DNA from: the human T2T-CHM13v2.0 reference genome, Homo sapiens
Length of the DNA: 64,000 nucleotides
Direction: 5' to 3' (one strand)
NCBI RefSeq assembly: GCF_009914755.1
Contig: NC_060937.1
Part shown: positions 48,401-61,864 of the stretch, in pieces
Layout of the letters: each line of letters starts with the position of its first letter
Numbering within the stretch: the stretch's first letter is position 1
Notes under the pieces: model-generated
Database searches by the model: none
What the model saw: the letters and a program-made list of their open reading frames with translations, nothing else
What the model was told of the DNA's origin: nothing
Position numbers and translations under genes: made by a program

Positions 48401-50589
48401 ACTGTCCTTGTTTACAATTCCTATTTTTATTAAATGGCAATTCCAGCTAAAACAGATATTGTTCCCCTAATATTATTGATATTTCAGGGTTAAAAATATT
48501 CAATCTCTTTCACTAAGTGCTCAGCACTGATTTCACACAGAAAAATAAAAAAAACCTCAAGAAAGAATAGCAAATTGAATTTTGCAAAAACACAAGTGAA
48601 TCAGTTTTTTAAAATCTGCATCTGTCAAGAAAAAAAATATGCATTTATTTACAAAATATACAAAAATGGGGGAAATTCCAACAACATAGAGTACTAGAAT
48701 AAAACTATTAGGAAAACAGGTGTTCCTTTATTTTATACACACTAATTACAAGTAGCACATGAAACATTAAGTCCTGAAGACTTTAAACTCAGTACTTCAA
48801 ATCATCACACAAACTATCATAATATTGTTATATATTAAAATTGTTTCATATTACTTTTTATAAAAAAAAGATAGCATATATGACAACTTCACACTTACTT
48901 AGAAAGCTAACACTACTGAATTTCCTCTTTATTTTTGTATCTACCACTTTTAAGCAGATGATATTCAAAAATCTTCCTTGGTATACTAATCCACAAGAAA
49001 AAAAAATTGACTGAACCAGCCACAAAGTTTAACTATACAAAAACACTAAAAACACGGAATAACTGGGAGTTCAGAGATGCTCCACTTGACTGTCACTCAG
49101 AAGCTGACTGCTCCCAGCGTAAACTTGGTAAAGCCGGAACAAGGATTTTCTTGATGCTGGGAAAAAGTTGTGTAGAACTCTGTTCTTGGTGCCAGAGTTG
49201 AGCCTGGACACTAGGATGTTCAGGAGATTAAGACATCTTTTTGTGCACTGGCCTTCGAGTGTTCTTGAATGAATCATACAGAATTTCACAGCCTTGGCCA
49301 AAGGTACCTTGGTTTAACATCAAAGGATCAAGTTTCTCCCAATCATATTTCAGCTTTGAAGTGAAATACAATGCTAAAAATTACCTGAGAATTATATGAA
49401 TAAAATATAGATGACGGGAAAGGTAGATTTAAGTGCAATAGATATCACTGAAAAACTGTAATCAATGTTAAAACTCCCCATACCCCAATTAATGTCACAA
49501 ATTAAAGCAAATCCCACTCTCCATCACCTCATACTTATGAGAAACATGAGAATAGTCTTTGACTATTATTTTACAATCTCCAAATCATGTTTTCAAAGAA
49601 CTGTCAAAAACAAAAGCCTATGAATACCACAAATTTTGGAAAATAGTTCCATCCACACTGTGTATCAAAAAAATAGCAGAACATGAAAGAGTACGTATGA
49701 AAATTTTAATTAGTATAAAAGAATGCATCAATTATGCTTTACAACCAACTGCTTTTATGCAAAATTTAAATTGTTTCTTTCCAAACTACACCTTCCAGCA
49801 AAACAGACACCACTATTTACATAGTGTTTATTTTAAAATAGCATATTATCTTTCAGAAAGGTGCTGAAAGCATGATATAGCAAACCATAATGATGTTTTA
49901 TGAGAAACAGCTATGCTATGATCAGTGTCTGATGAATTACATTTGTGGTATGAGTCATATATGATTCCTTAAATGTAATTTTAAATAAACATGACCAACA
50001 TACACATTTTTAAAGAGTTATGACTTTGTTTTGCAATAAACATTATAATGTGATAAAATCAGTTTCTCCCTAGTATTGAAAATCAAAATAGGTATTTGAT
50101 AGTGAAAGGAGCTAATCAGATTCCAATGACTCTAGCCATTCTCAAGTAATTATCTGCTTTTTAAAATCACCTCTTGAACTGTACTCCTTGGATGTCTCAG
50201 CATTATCTTGAAAAACACAAACAAACAATTAAAAAGAAAACCACTGCCATTCCTTGGAGACAAATGGTCCTAACCCATCAGACACGTTTTACTGGAGAAA
50301 TGTCCAAATTTTAGGGAAATATTTACAACACTGCAGAGTCAAGCCATCTTTTAATACTTCTAGAAACCTACATTCTCAAGAAATGCCTAATTCACCACAA
50401 ATCACACAGCAAATCCTCACTTCACAGCCAACCCAACAGTATTGTTTTATTTTAAAGAATGTTTAACACTAACTGTACGATAATAATCGGGTAAGGTCTA
50501 GATATTAAAACCAAATAAATAATGGCAGATATGTTTAAAACTAGACATTATTTTTTATAAGCAAAAGAGATTTGCCTTCAAACAGTTTT

Positions 50590-51260
50590 TTTCAAGATGA
50601 AAAAGATTTATTTGGAAAAATCAGCACAGGACAAAGATATCCTTAATAATCTGTCTCAGAATACCTGAATATTCAGAAGCTATATGAAATGTAGCTGGAA
50701 ATTCCGATTTCACAGAACATCAGTGGTTTATACAAATTAAACTCCCATACCCTCCCACCCCCACATATACTACTCTATCTACCCCTTATTGACATTAGCT
50801 TTCATTAATTAAGCTTCTATCTTTAGTGCTACTTGCGCAAATTAAAAAGCAAAATCATTTTCATTTTTAATGATAGGATTAGTTAAAGCAACCAAAGCAT
50901 TACTGTTACAGCAAAGTTTAGTAAGACCGTAAGAGAATACCACTAATAACAGTTTTAAATTATCCAAAATGATTTCTTTATTGAGATTAACTACATAGAT
51001 TTCACAGTACTATGGAATACTTATATTTAGCTAAAGTCACAAACACATTTCAACATTCAAAATGATGAGCATCATTACCATTCTAATCTACAAAGCTCAT
51101 GAATAAAGAAAAATACAAAAACCTCAAGTTTTACAAAAAAAAAAAAACTTTTAAGTCTACATACATTAACAATAAAACCATTTCTTCCAGATAACAGGTA
51201 AAAGTATAAAGGCATACCACTGACTTTTTTTTTTCTAGATAGCCAGGAATGAACGAATGT
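50590..51260 (-). other. PSPC1: PSPC1 major-isoform 3'UTR with candidate poly(A) signals
   Basis: Follows TAA; minus-strand AATAAA at 50977-50982 and 50607-50612; U-rich. The end is uncertain. Confidence 0.7.
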
Positions 51261-51446
51261 TTAATATCTACGACGCTTATTAGGGCCTTCAAAGTTGCCC
51301 CCTTGACTTCCTCTACCAAAGCCACCAGGACCACCACTCACAGGACCTACACCACTCATTGGTGCTTGAGGGGTTTCAGAACCTGTTCTACTCCCCATAG
51401 GTGAACCCATCTGAGATGGTGGTCCTTGAGGAAATCTGTCATTGTG
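51261..51446 (-). CDS. PSPC1: PSPC1 last coding segment of the major isoform ([10 protein letters not shown]...[13 protein letters not shown])
   Basis: atcatAG acceptor; 62 codons including TAA. The C-terminal PNKRRRY basic motif is typical of DBHS proteins (SFPQ/NONO/PSPC1). Confidence 0.95.
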   Translation of the reverse strand, partial: HNDRFPQGPPSQMGSPMGSRTGSETPQAPMSGVGPVSGGPGGFGRGSQGGNFEGPNKRRRY

Positions 51447-53299
51447 CTATGATACCACACAATAAGGAATAGAATATGAAGTCCATTTGGAACACGCCAA
51501 ATATAAGTGACAAGAAAAATTGGCAAAATCCCAAGTGGTGGTGTCATGAAGTTCGGCAGAAAGTCCAGCAGAATCAGGATCACACATAGAAGGAAGAAAG
51601 GAGCAATTTAATTAGTTACTATGTTTTTTTTTAAAAAATGCAGCATCTGAAGATTTACATATTGCTAATGCTATGCCCCAATTTAAAGAACAAAGAACTG
51701 ATTTCGTGACAGAAGCAAATGTAATCTTAAGCCTAAACAATATTATAATAAATCTCTGATTCCTTTTTTCAAAAGTTTATATTGCATGAAACTACGCTAT
51801 GTAAGAAAAATACGTTCTTAAAAAAATCAGAGAAATAAAACTGGGGAGCAGCATCAATTCGGTTTTTTAAAAGTAAACATTCTAAAAAAAAATCTTCACA
51901 TCAATTCCTTGAAGATAGAAAGCACTAATACAAACATACACAAAGAATTATGATTTCAGTATGGAAACTTCTGAGAGTGTTTTCCTTGAAAGATTATCAT
52001 GGGAAAATAGTTTTAAAAATTAATGTAATAACATGCACTAATAAGCACATTTAAACATCTGAATTAAGTATTTTGAAAAACTTCACAATAATCATACATA
52101 TTAATCTGAAAGGTTGGATAGAACTCCCTGAAGTGTAGCAGTAAAATGTCAGTGCAAAACAGACCAAGGGTGATATTTAAATAAAGTTTACAATTTCAGG
52201 GAGACAATAAAAAAATGGGACAGTTAATGTTACTTCTATGTTTCTATTGATGATTATATGCCACACAAAAACTTAACCAAAGTAGTATAAGTTTTTACTA
52301 GCTTTCAAACATATCACTATAAAATAAAGCCTCTACTGAAGGAAATAAATGCAATCACTGTGTTAAGCGCCATCTGTTCATAGTAGCCGTGCACTGCCTC
52401 ATCTCCCTGTATAAACTATCATTTTAAAAAATCCAACTGCCAGCATGTCCAATTTCTCCAAATTCGTGAAGCAAATAAAATAATGATAAATGCTGCATTC
52501 AACTCTAAGACATACAATGCATTGCTTTTAACGTCTCTGATCACGGTGGATTTACAACTGATGACAGGTCTGAGTCTAACAGGCAGTGCTTTCTTTCTTT
52601 CTTAGCAGCATTGGCGCCTCAAGATTTCATACAGTAGTTTCAAAACTAAACTGCCTTTTCAAAATAGATAACCAAACAATTTCCCTTTCAAAATGTTATT
52701 TACAACAAGCATTAACAAACACTAAATGAGAAAACGGTTTGCCTAAAGTCCGATTTATATAGTGACAGACTTTAATAGAAATGATAAAAGGTATCATTCT
52801 TGCTACTAATATATTTAAATATAATAAAAATTACAACTGAAAAACCTTGTTTTCATAGTATTTAATCCACACAAAGATATCTTCACACTCTCAGATCAAG
52901 ACAAAAAACTGTCTACTTTAAATTTACTAAATATAATTTAAAATTCTGTGAAAAGAATGCCACAATGGTGGTTTGGAAATACACAAAAACTTTAATGTTA
53001 ATTTACAGCCAAATTCTTTGCAATAAATCATGACAGGTAATATTTTTATCAAAAATATTTACTGAAAACTGTGTGTTCATACATATTGGACTTTTGTCCC
53101 CATCAAATATAAGGAGTCCACACAGGAAAAGAACACTATCATAAAATGCTTGAACGTTAGAATGCTGGTAAAAGATGGAAACAAATTAAAAAGCACAGAA
53201 AAATATCTGTAATTAACATATGCATTTGCTATATACTGAGGTACCACAGCATGCCACAGACAGTAATCCTAATTCTTGGACTACTTAAAAACTATCTCA

Positions 53300-53593
53300 G
53301 CTGGACGCGGTGGCTCACGCCTGTAATCCCAGCACTTTGGGAGGCCGAGGCGGGCGGATCACGAGGTCAGGAGTTTGAGACCAGCCTGGCCAACATAGTG
53401 AAACCCTGTCTCTACTAAAAATACAAAAATTAGCCTGGCGTGGTGGCGCACGCCTGTAGCCCCAACTACTCGGGAGGCTGAGGCAGGAGAATTGCTTGAA
53501 CCTAGAAGGTGGAGGTTGCAGCAAGCCAAGATCGTGCCATGCACACCAGCCTCGGCAATAGTGCGAGACTCTCTGTCTCAAAAAAAAAAAAAA
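53300..53593 (+). mobile_element. Alu (S-like), antisense to PSPC1
   Basis: Full dimer; aaaaactatct on both flanks. Confidence 0.94.
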
Positions 53594-53747
53594 CTATCTG
53601 TAACACATCAACATATGATGTCACAAAATTTTCTTCTTCATTGGCTGCCAAAACAAATGATACCAAATTATATTAAGTGTGAAGTTATCCTTGATGCAGA
53701 AGTGTACATTACTGAATATAATCAAAATAATGTTTATGATACATTAC

Positions 53748-53917
53748 CACTGCTCCATTATCTGGCATCATTGGAGTTCCCATATTTGCGGCTCCTTCTG
53801 GTCCCATGGCAGGACCAGGACCCATTGGTGGGCCAGGTATAGTTGCTCTGTTGTTCATATTCATACCCATCATTGGAGGAGGACCTTGGTTACCAGCAGG
53901 GGCTGGGCTAAACGCAT
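53748..53917 (-). CDS. PSPC1: PSPC1 coding exon, G/P/M-rich low-complexity region ([57 protein letters not shown])
   Basis: ttttacatAG acceptor and GTG/GTaatg donor; 170 nt, phase 1-0. Lies within track ORF 53709..53930. Confidence 0.95.
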
Positions 53918-55193
53918 CTATGTAAAACAATCTATACTTAGAGCTGTCCTATCTTAGTTTAGTAAACATTAACAATTTAACAATATTTATGCAATCTATA
54001 TACCAAGACCATTATCAAAATTATTTTCGCTCCTTAAGAATGCGATATGCGTTATCTACTCTGTAATAGGGTATTACCTACACTCTAGAATTAGAATTTT
54101 CATCCCCAAGCCAAACGTACATAAAATCAAGGAGGAAACTATCAATCATTTTAGGGCATTTGAGACTAACAGTTTGCAAGCTTTGAGACATCACTATTAT
54201 TTTGTAATAGCAGGCTTTTAAACCAAAGAATCCCTAACAATGGGGACTACATTTTACCAGTTTAAATGAGTAACAAAGGATTAGCACTTACAAAACCACT
54301 TAATTTTTTTCAACCCATGGCTAAAAATATTAGCAGTAAATTATGCTAAGTTGTGAGAGAGGAAATCATTTCCTGCAATATATAAATAAAGATCATTATA
54401 ACTAGCCTCTCATCTTAGTTTTTTTTTTTTCCTCCCTGAGTTTATGGAATACCTTGCTAAATTACATAAGGTACTCTTTTTTTAACTTTTTATTTTGAAA
54501 TATGGACTCTAAACCAAAAAATTGAAATGACTTATAAGAAAACTTATTTTTAAAAGCAACCGCAACCAAATACAGATAAAATATTAATATAGCTATCTGG
54601 ATCTTTCTGACAAGCTTAAATTCCATAAATGGGGACAACCTGATAATATTTCAAGTTTTTTCATTAAAAAAATCCACCTACCTCATTAACATTAATAGTG
54701 TTTGCACTGTAATACTACATATATGATGATCTCAGATACAACACATTTTTAGGCATTTTCTTTGAAAAATTTTTTCCCTTTTAAGTGTTAGTACTTATCA
54801 TTAAAAATTCATAACAAAGCCATTCTAATTTAGAGTTTTCTTCTAGTATTTCATTACATAGGTCAATTTTCTGATAATAAGAACTCAATTTCTCAAATAT
54901 ACATTATAATGCAGCTGAAATCTCTATATGGCTGAGTCCTTACCAGCCCCTGGCATCATACTTCTGCTCTTTGAATCCAATCCCCAGAAACCTAGCAAAT
55001 TCATAGGAAGGAATTATTTCCTTCATCCCCAAATGCTCTTGCCGATAAACAGACTTTAACCAAGAATATTTCCGCTCCCTCAGTATAGCCCTAAATAGCT
55101 ATTTTTAATAATTTCTACAATCTAGACATGAAGAGAATATAAGAACAGTATCTAAGAGGCGTCTTACCTCAACAATCCCCCAGAAAACAAACT

Positions 55194-55312
55194 AAGTTTC
55201 TTTTTCCTCTCTTTCTCTTTAATGGAATGTAATTTTACAATGGTGGGTTCGGAAGTTTTCTTTTTCCTCTCTTTCTCTTTAATAGAATGTAATTTAACAA
55301 TGGTGGGTTCAG
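55194..55312. repeat. Tandem duplication, period about 60 bp
   Basis: tttttcctctctttctctttaat(g/a)gaatgtaattt(t/a)acaatggtgggttc at 55201 and 55261. Confidence 0.92.
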
Positions 55313-56966
55313 AATATAACTATACAACTATGGGTATAAAAAATCAAAAATAATATTTCCAACTAACAGCAGTTAACTTAGAGCCTTACTTTTAGTATTC
55401 ACATCTTCCACCACATAGCTATAAATAAATTTAAAGATATAAAAAATGTTAGCATTATCTGATTACTAGAAAGGTAGCATTATAATGTAGGTTTCGTTTG
55501 GTTATACACACTAGTGATACACCAGAAAATCTGCTGCCACTTTCCATCAATGTAACTTGATGAGTTATGACAGTTTTAACTTCTCAACAACCCAACTGGA
55601 TGATAATGATTAATAGCTCTACAAAACCATTATGATGAAGTCTCACATTGAATGAAGACTGAAGAGAAAATTAGATAAACTGGGCTTTAGGAGAGTTAAG
55701 TGCTAAAATGTAAGTAAGTCCTCTGGTGAATAAAATGTCACAAAAATTTTAAGTTATCTTCAATTCCTAACTAAATAAGGACTCTAAAGGCATATTCTGA
55801 TATTTCTTCTGATAAAATTGCAGAGTATCTCTGCACCATCAGAAATGGTTTTAAGTTTTATACTATTTTAAAGTTTAGCTCTGATGTTAATGTCATTCTA
55901 ATAATGATAACAGCCTTTTAAACTGCCTATAATCTACAATAACCTTATTCCTAAAATCCTTAAAATTACATGGATTATATTAAATAGCACCCCAGCATTT
56001 ACTCTTAAAAAAAGACATAAATATTGGACCACTTGGACATCATTATACTCAATTATGCTTCATAATTTAGAACACTCTTGGTTCATTAATTATTTCACGT
56101 ATCCACTGCAGTAATTTCACAATTAAGTTCTTTATGGGCGAGGGCCATGTTTCTTGCTTCCTGCATATATCAGAGATATTCACTAACTACTTGTTGGTAA
56201 AAAGTGACCAAGTAAAACAGCAATATATGACTCTACATTATCTGATTAGTAGTATTGAAAAACTGGCAACAGAAGTTTAAGAAAAAAAAGCTGATCATGG
56301 AAAATGTTCATTCCACACATGACTTAAGTTTCATTTGATAGACTATATATGCTGAGAACACACTTGATTTTGTAAATGGGTGTGCATGTTAAGTACATTG
56401 TTTGCCATGGTAGTGTAATCTTTGAAACTATGTACTTTTAAGTTATATAAAGATTTTTAGCTTCATAACACCTTTTGTGGGACAATTTAATGTGGGACAG
56501 CTTTTGTGGGACAATTAATTTAATAAAATTTAATTCCTTATCCAACTTTTAAATGTATGACATTTCAAATTTCAAATTTAGTAAGGCCTACGATATGCCA
56601 CACTTGCTTTTCCTTCAGGTTATTTACTTGGCATTATTTCCCTTGCAACTTGGCTATACGAGCAAATCCATACTAAAGTTGCTAATATGCTTTCTTAAAA
56701 GCTTAGTCAACTCTAAAACATGCATTGGCGACACACATAATTCCCTTGATGAGTTATAGACTACAAACACTGAGTGCACTTCTGTGCACAACACTGTAGG
56801 TTAAAGGAAAAAAGTTCAATATTCATTAAAGTGAAGGAAAACAGCTTCAAAGTTACACAAAAAGCTAGTTTAAGATAGAAATGTATAAAACACTCTCCAC
56901 CTAAAAACACAACTCAGAAACTATCAATTTCCAACTCGGAAACTATCAATTTCCAGTGTTCAATTA

Positions 56967-57266
56967 GGACAGGCGAGGTGGCTCATGCCTGGAATATCAG
57001 CACTTTGGGAAGCTGATGGGGGTAAACTGCTTGAGCCCAGGAGTTCGAGACCATCCTGGGCAACAAAGCGAAATCCTGTCTCTACTAAAAATACAAAAAA
57101 TAAGCCAGGCGTGGTGGCACATGCCTGTAGTCCCAGCTACTTGGTAAGATGGAAGGACCACTTGAGCCCAGGAAGTCGAGGTTTCAGCAAGCCAAGTTTG
57201 TGCCACTGTACTCCAGCCTGGGCAACAGAGTGAGGTCCTGCCTCAAAAAAAAAAAAAAAAAAAAAA
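56967..57266 (+). mobile_element. Alu (J-like)
   Basis: Full dimer with A tail. Confidence 0.9.
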
Positions 57267-57628
57267 GCCAAATAGAAGGCATAAAATTTGATTTTAAAAC
57301 TGCAAAGACAGAGCTGTATTACACAATGCAATGACTAAACTACCTTCAGGCTGTATTGCAACCTGGTTTATATGTTTCTTTCATTAAGCCTATGAATGTA
57401 TAACACATCTTTTAGCCTTCAAACAAAAACAAAATGAGAATTTTCTTCCCAGACATATATTTTTAATATAATTGTATTGTATTCCAGTTTAATGGATGTA
57501 AGAGATTTCACCTTTAGAAATGTTGGTTCTGTATTTTAGTTTCTTACTGATATGTAGATACCACAAACAGCATAAACAGTCCCCCCAAAAATGATAAATT
57601 ACAAAAGCCTTTTGCTTCAAATCCCTAC

Positions 57629-57686
57629 CTCCCATGTTTATTGCTCCACGGGGACCCATATCACCCATTCTCATTTCCTGTTCTCT
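57629..57686 (-). CDS. PSPC1: PSPC1 coding exon (REQEMRMGDMGPRGAINMG)
   Basis: Minus-strand ttacAG acceptor and GAG/GTaggg donor; 58 nt, phase 0-1. DBHS-type C-terminal sequence. Confidence 0.93.
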
Positions 57687-58904
57687 CTGTAAGTAAACAT
57701 AGTTGTCACAGTCAACCTATCGATCTTATGACTTTACATTTCCCATCTAAAATCAAAAAGAAAAGAGTGAATTGGGACATCATTTTTCATTAAAAATTTT
57801 GAAAAGTTTCCATCATCATAAACTTAATAAGAATGCTGAAAAGAAACTTCAGTCTCCCAGGCTTAATATACTACAAATGCTTAATGCACCCAGTTTATAT
57901 TGCAAGATTAGATTACTAATGAATCAGATTATATAAAATATATCACAAATTATTTTTAATGTTTTTATTCCAACAGATGAAAGACACATGCCTAGATTCC
58001 AAGCAAAGGAAAATCTAGTAATGATAACCACCAGAGCCAATTATTTTCTCCTCCCAGGTCACTGAAGTCTTAAAATAGAAATGACTGTTACCAAGTTCAT
58101 GTTGAAATGTATTTGAACATATAACACAAATAGCTTTAGGGAATTATGCTAAAAATAAGGTTACAATCTTCATTGTCTAAATATTATAATTCATTCATGT
58201 ATTTGTATTCATCTACTCAAGCATTATTCCATCCAGGGACTATAGATAGCCCACACAAGCAATTACTGAAAGCTCGACATAACATTGCTTTCCTTTAACT
58301 GCGCAGTAATTTTATTTGAAAACCTGAATGAAAGTATTACACAGTTAACTATAAAACAGAAATATTCAGAACATTTGAAATTTCATTACAGAAACTGCTT
58401 CCTAAAAGCTGTTCATTTACCAACAATAGTGACATAGAATTAACTTCAATGAAATCTCTAAGTGAAATTTCTCAAGATAACATAGGAAAATTGCAATTTT
58501 CACTTTGACTTGATGACCATTTCCAATCACAGAAAACTGTTAAATGTAGCAATCATGAAAAACATTCCATTATGAGACAAATGCAGCAATGTTTAAAGAA
58601 AGCATAATTACTGTACTTTTGAAAAGCAATCTTATTAAAATCTAAATGTTCATTTAAAGTTCCATTTTATAATACGAAAGACTGTTGAAAAGCACCTATA
58701 AAGCTGGAAATAAAATAAAAGCCTATGATGGAAACGTAATTGCCATTAAGCCACAAGTGGCTCCTTAAAAAAACTGCCTAACTTAAATGGAGATGTCCAA
58801 AGGTAATCCTAATGAAGCTACGGTACAATGAATGAAGCTACGGTACAACAAAAACACCATCATGAAGAGATAAAATGCTTTCTCACATTATTTAGAAGAT
58901 TTAA

Positions 58905-59227
<323 letters not shown>

Positions 59228-59324
59228 CTAAAAGCCATGTTTTAACTTTCCTAAAAATTTCTCATCATAAAATTTGTGACCATTAATGGATACTATTGCT
59301 GACCTGCAAAAAAAGCTAGACTGA

Positions 59325-59945
<621 letters not shown>

Positions 59946-61864
59946 GCTAGACTGTAATATAAAATTGCTACTCATCAAGCATTATATTTAGAAAACTATT
60001 TTAAAATAAAGCTTCTGTTATCACTACTTTCAATAAACCAAACCAAATTGCCATTTCCTTATCACTACTTAGAAACTACTGATAGGTTCTTAGAACCTAC
60101 TGATAAAACTTAAGAATGCTTCAAAACACCCAAAATCTTCTAGCTATAAAAATAATATCTATAGTATCTAGATAAGTATCTGTAACAAGCAAATATAGTA
60201 GACATTTCGTTGTTCAGAAGCTGGTTACACACCAGCACCATCGAGTAAAATACATGGATTTCATAGTCATGACTTTTGGGGAGGACAGGATTTCAATTTA
60301 TATTTTTACTTTTGAATTTGTCTTCACTATGAAAGGTTAGGAATTCAATATCTAACCACTAATATAGGGTAATTGTTTACAGTCTCACTGCTTGAGATTT
60401 CAATTTTCAACTACCCCTTATATACCCTAATACCTTAACTATTGGCCTATGATTCACTGGCAGGAAAAAAGGGCATAAACAATCTTTTTTATTGTCTCTT
60501 TGTATTTTCAGCTCTATGTATCACTTTCTAGAATAACTTTCTAGAATAGTGCAAGCTTTATTATTCACAAAGTACCTTCTTTTATTATTAAATCCATTGT
60601 CATTAAGAAAATTTCACGGGAAATGTATCAATGTACCAAAAATATCTATGGTTTTAAGTTAACTATTAAACATGAACATTCCCCTTCTGGTGGTATATTA
60701 TAAATTGGTACAAGTTCTAAAATACCTTTCTCTAAATGAGATAATCAGAATATCTTAGAATACTCCATGCTACCATAGCATATTACTGTATTAAAATACC
60801 AATTCATGAGGCACATTACAGCATTTTTCACTAAATATATATATATATACTTGTATTTAGTAATGTTGACAATATCTTAAAGATGATTACTGAATACTAT
60901 TTTACACAGCTTTGCTCTTAAGAAAAAAGAGTATAATTTGATGGCATCATTTTGTAACTATCTTAGAAGGGGCAAAAGAAATTTTCAGCTTCCTAGTCAT
61001 GTCTTCAGGCTGTTACTTTCTAGAAAACCACCGCTACAAACTTCTAGTAAAATGCAAAAGAGGTAGAGATTAGGATGATTTTGTAAAATGAAATACAGCA
61101 TTCTTCACTAACACTAAATCTATCAAATATTAATAAGAATCACTTGAGGAAATTCACAACTGTGTGCCCACCCAACAAGCAATACACAAAACCCTTACTT
61201 CCCTCTATGAATGACTTTTAATAACACTTCAAATTAGAATTTAAGTTAGAACCAGTGCGTATACGTGATATTTTTACAAATTTAAATAATGCTTTATTAC
61301 ATTACAAAAAATTAAGAGTTGTTGTTTAAGCCAAAACAACTTATTTGTAACCAACATCTCAAAAGACTGCAGTGCGCTAAAATAAACCTATGATGAAAAC
61401 TCAGTTTTACATTATTGATTCAACTCTATGAAGTAGGCCTACTGTTACCTCATTTTAGACATAATGAAACTGAGGCACAAAGCTGTTGAATAACTTAGTC
61501 AAGGTCATATGGATAGTAAGTGGCTGAGCTAACCTATACGATTCTACTGAAATGGAGTTCACAAAATTTTTGACGTTCACGAGATACTTTCATTCTTCAA
61601 AAATTCCAACATATCTCCATGTCCCAGACAGCCAAAAAAAAAAAAAAAAAAAAAAAGAATTCCAACAGTCGAAGCCTAACAAAAGGCAAGATTTTAACTT
61701 ATCTTTGCGGTATTTATAAGATTGTATGCCTTTCCATGGAAAGAATTATACATATGTATTCCTGAAAGCTTCGAATTCAAGTGTACTTAAATTAACAGAT
61801 GACCAAAAAAGGAGGCAAAGTATGACTAATTCCCAGAACCACATGTCAAAAGAGCATTCCATCA

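Noticed and set aside
49071-49301. 76-aa minus-strand ORF downstream of PSPC1
   Set aside because: No recognisable similarity, a non-ATG start and no convincing in-frame splice link.
51356-51583. 75-aa ORF overlapping the PSPC1 last exon
   Set aside because: Out of frame with PSPC1 and partly a by-product of the AG-free zone, which lacks TAG.
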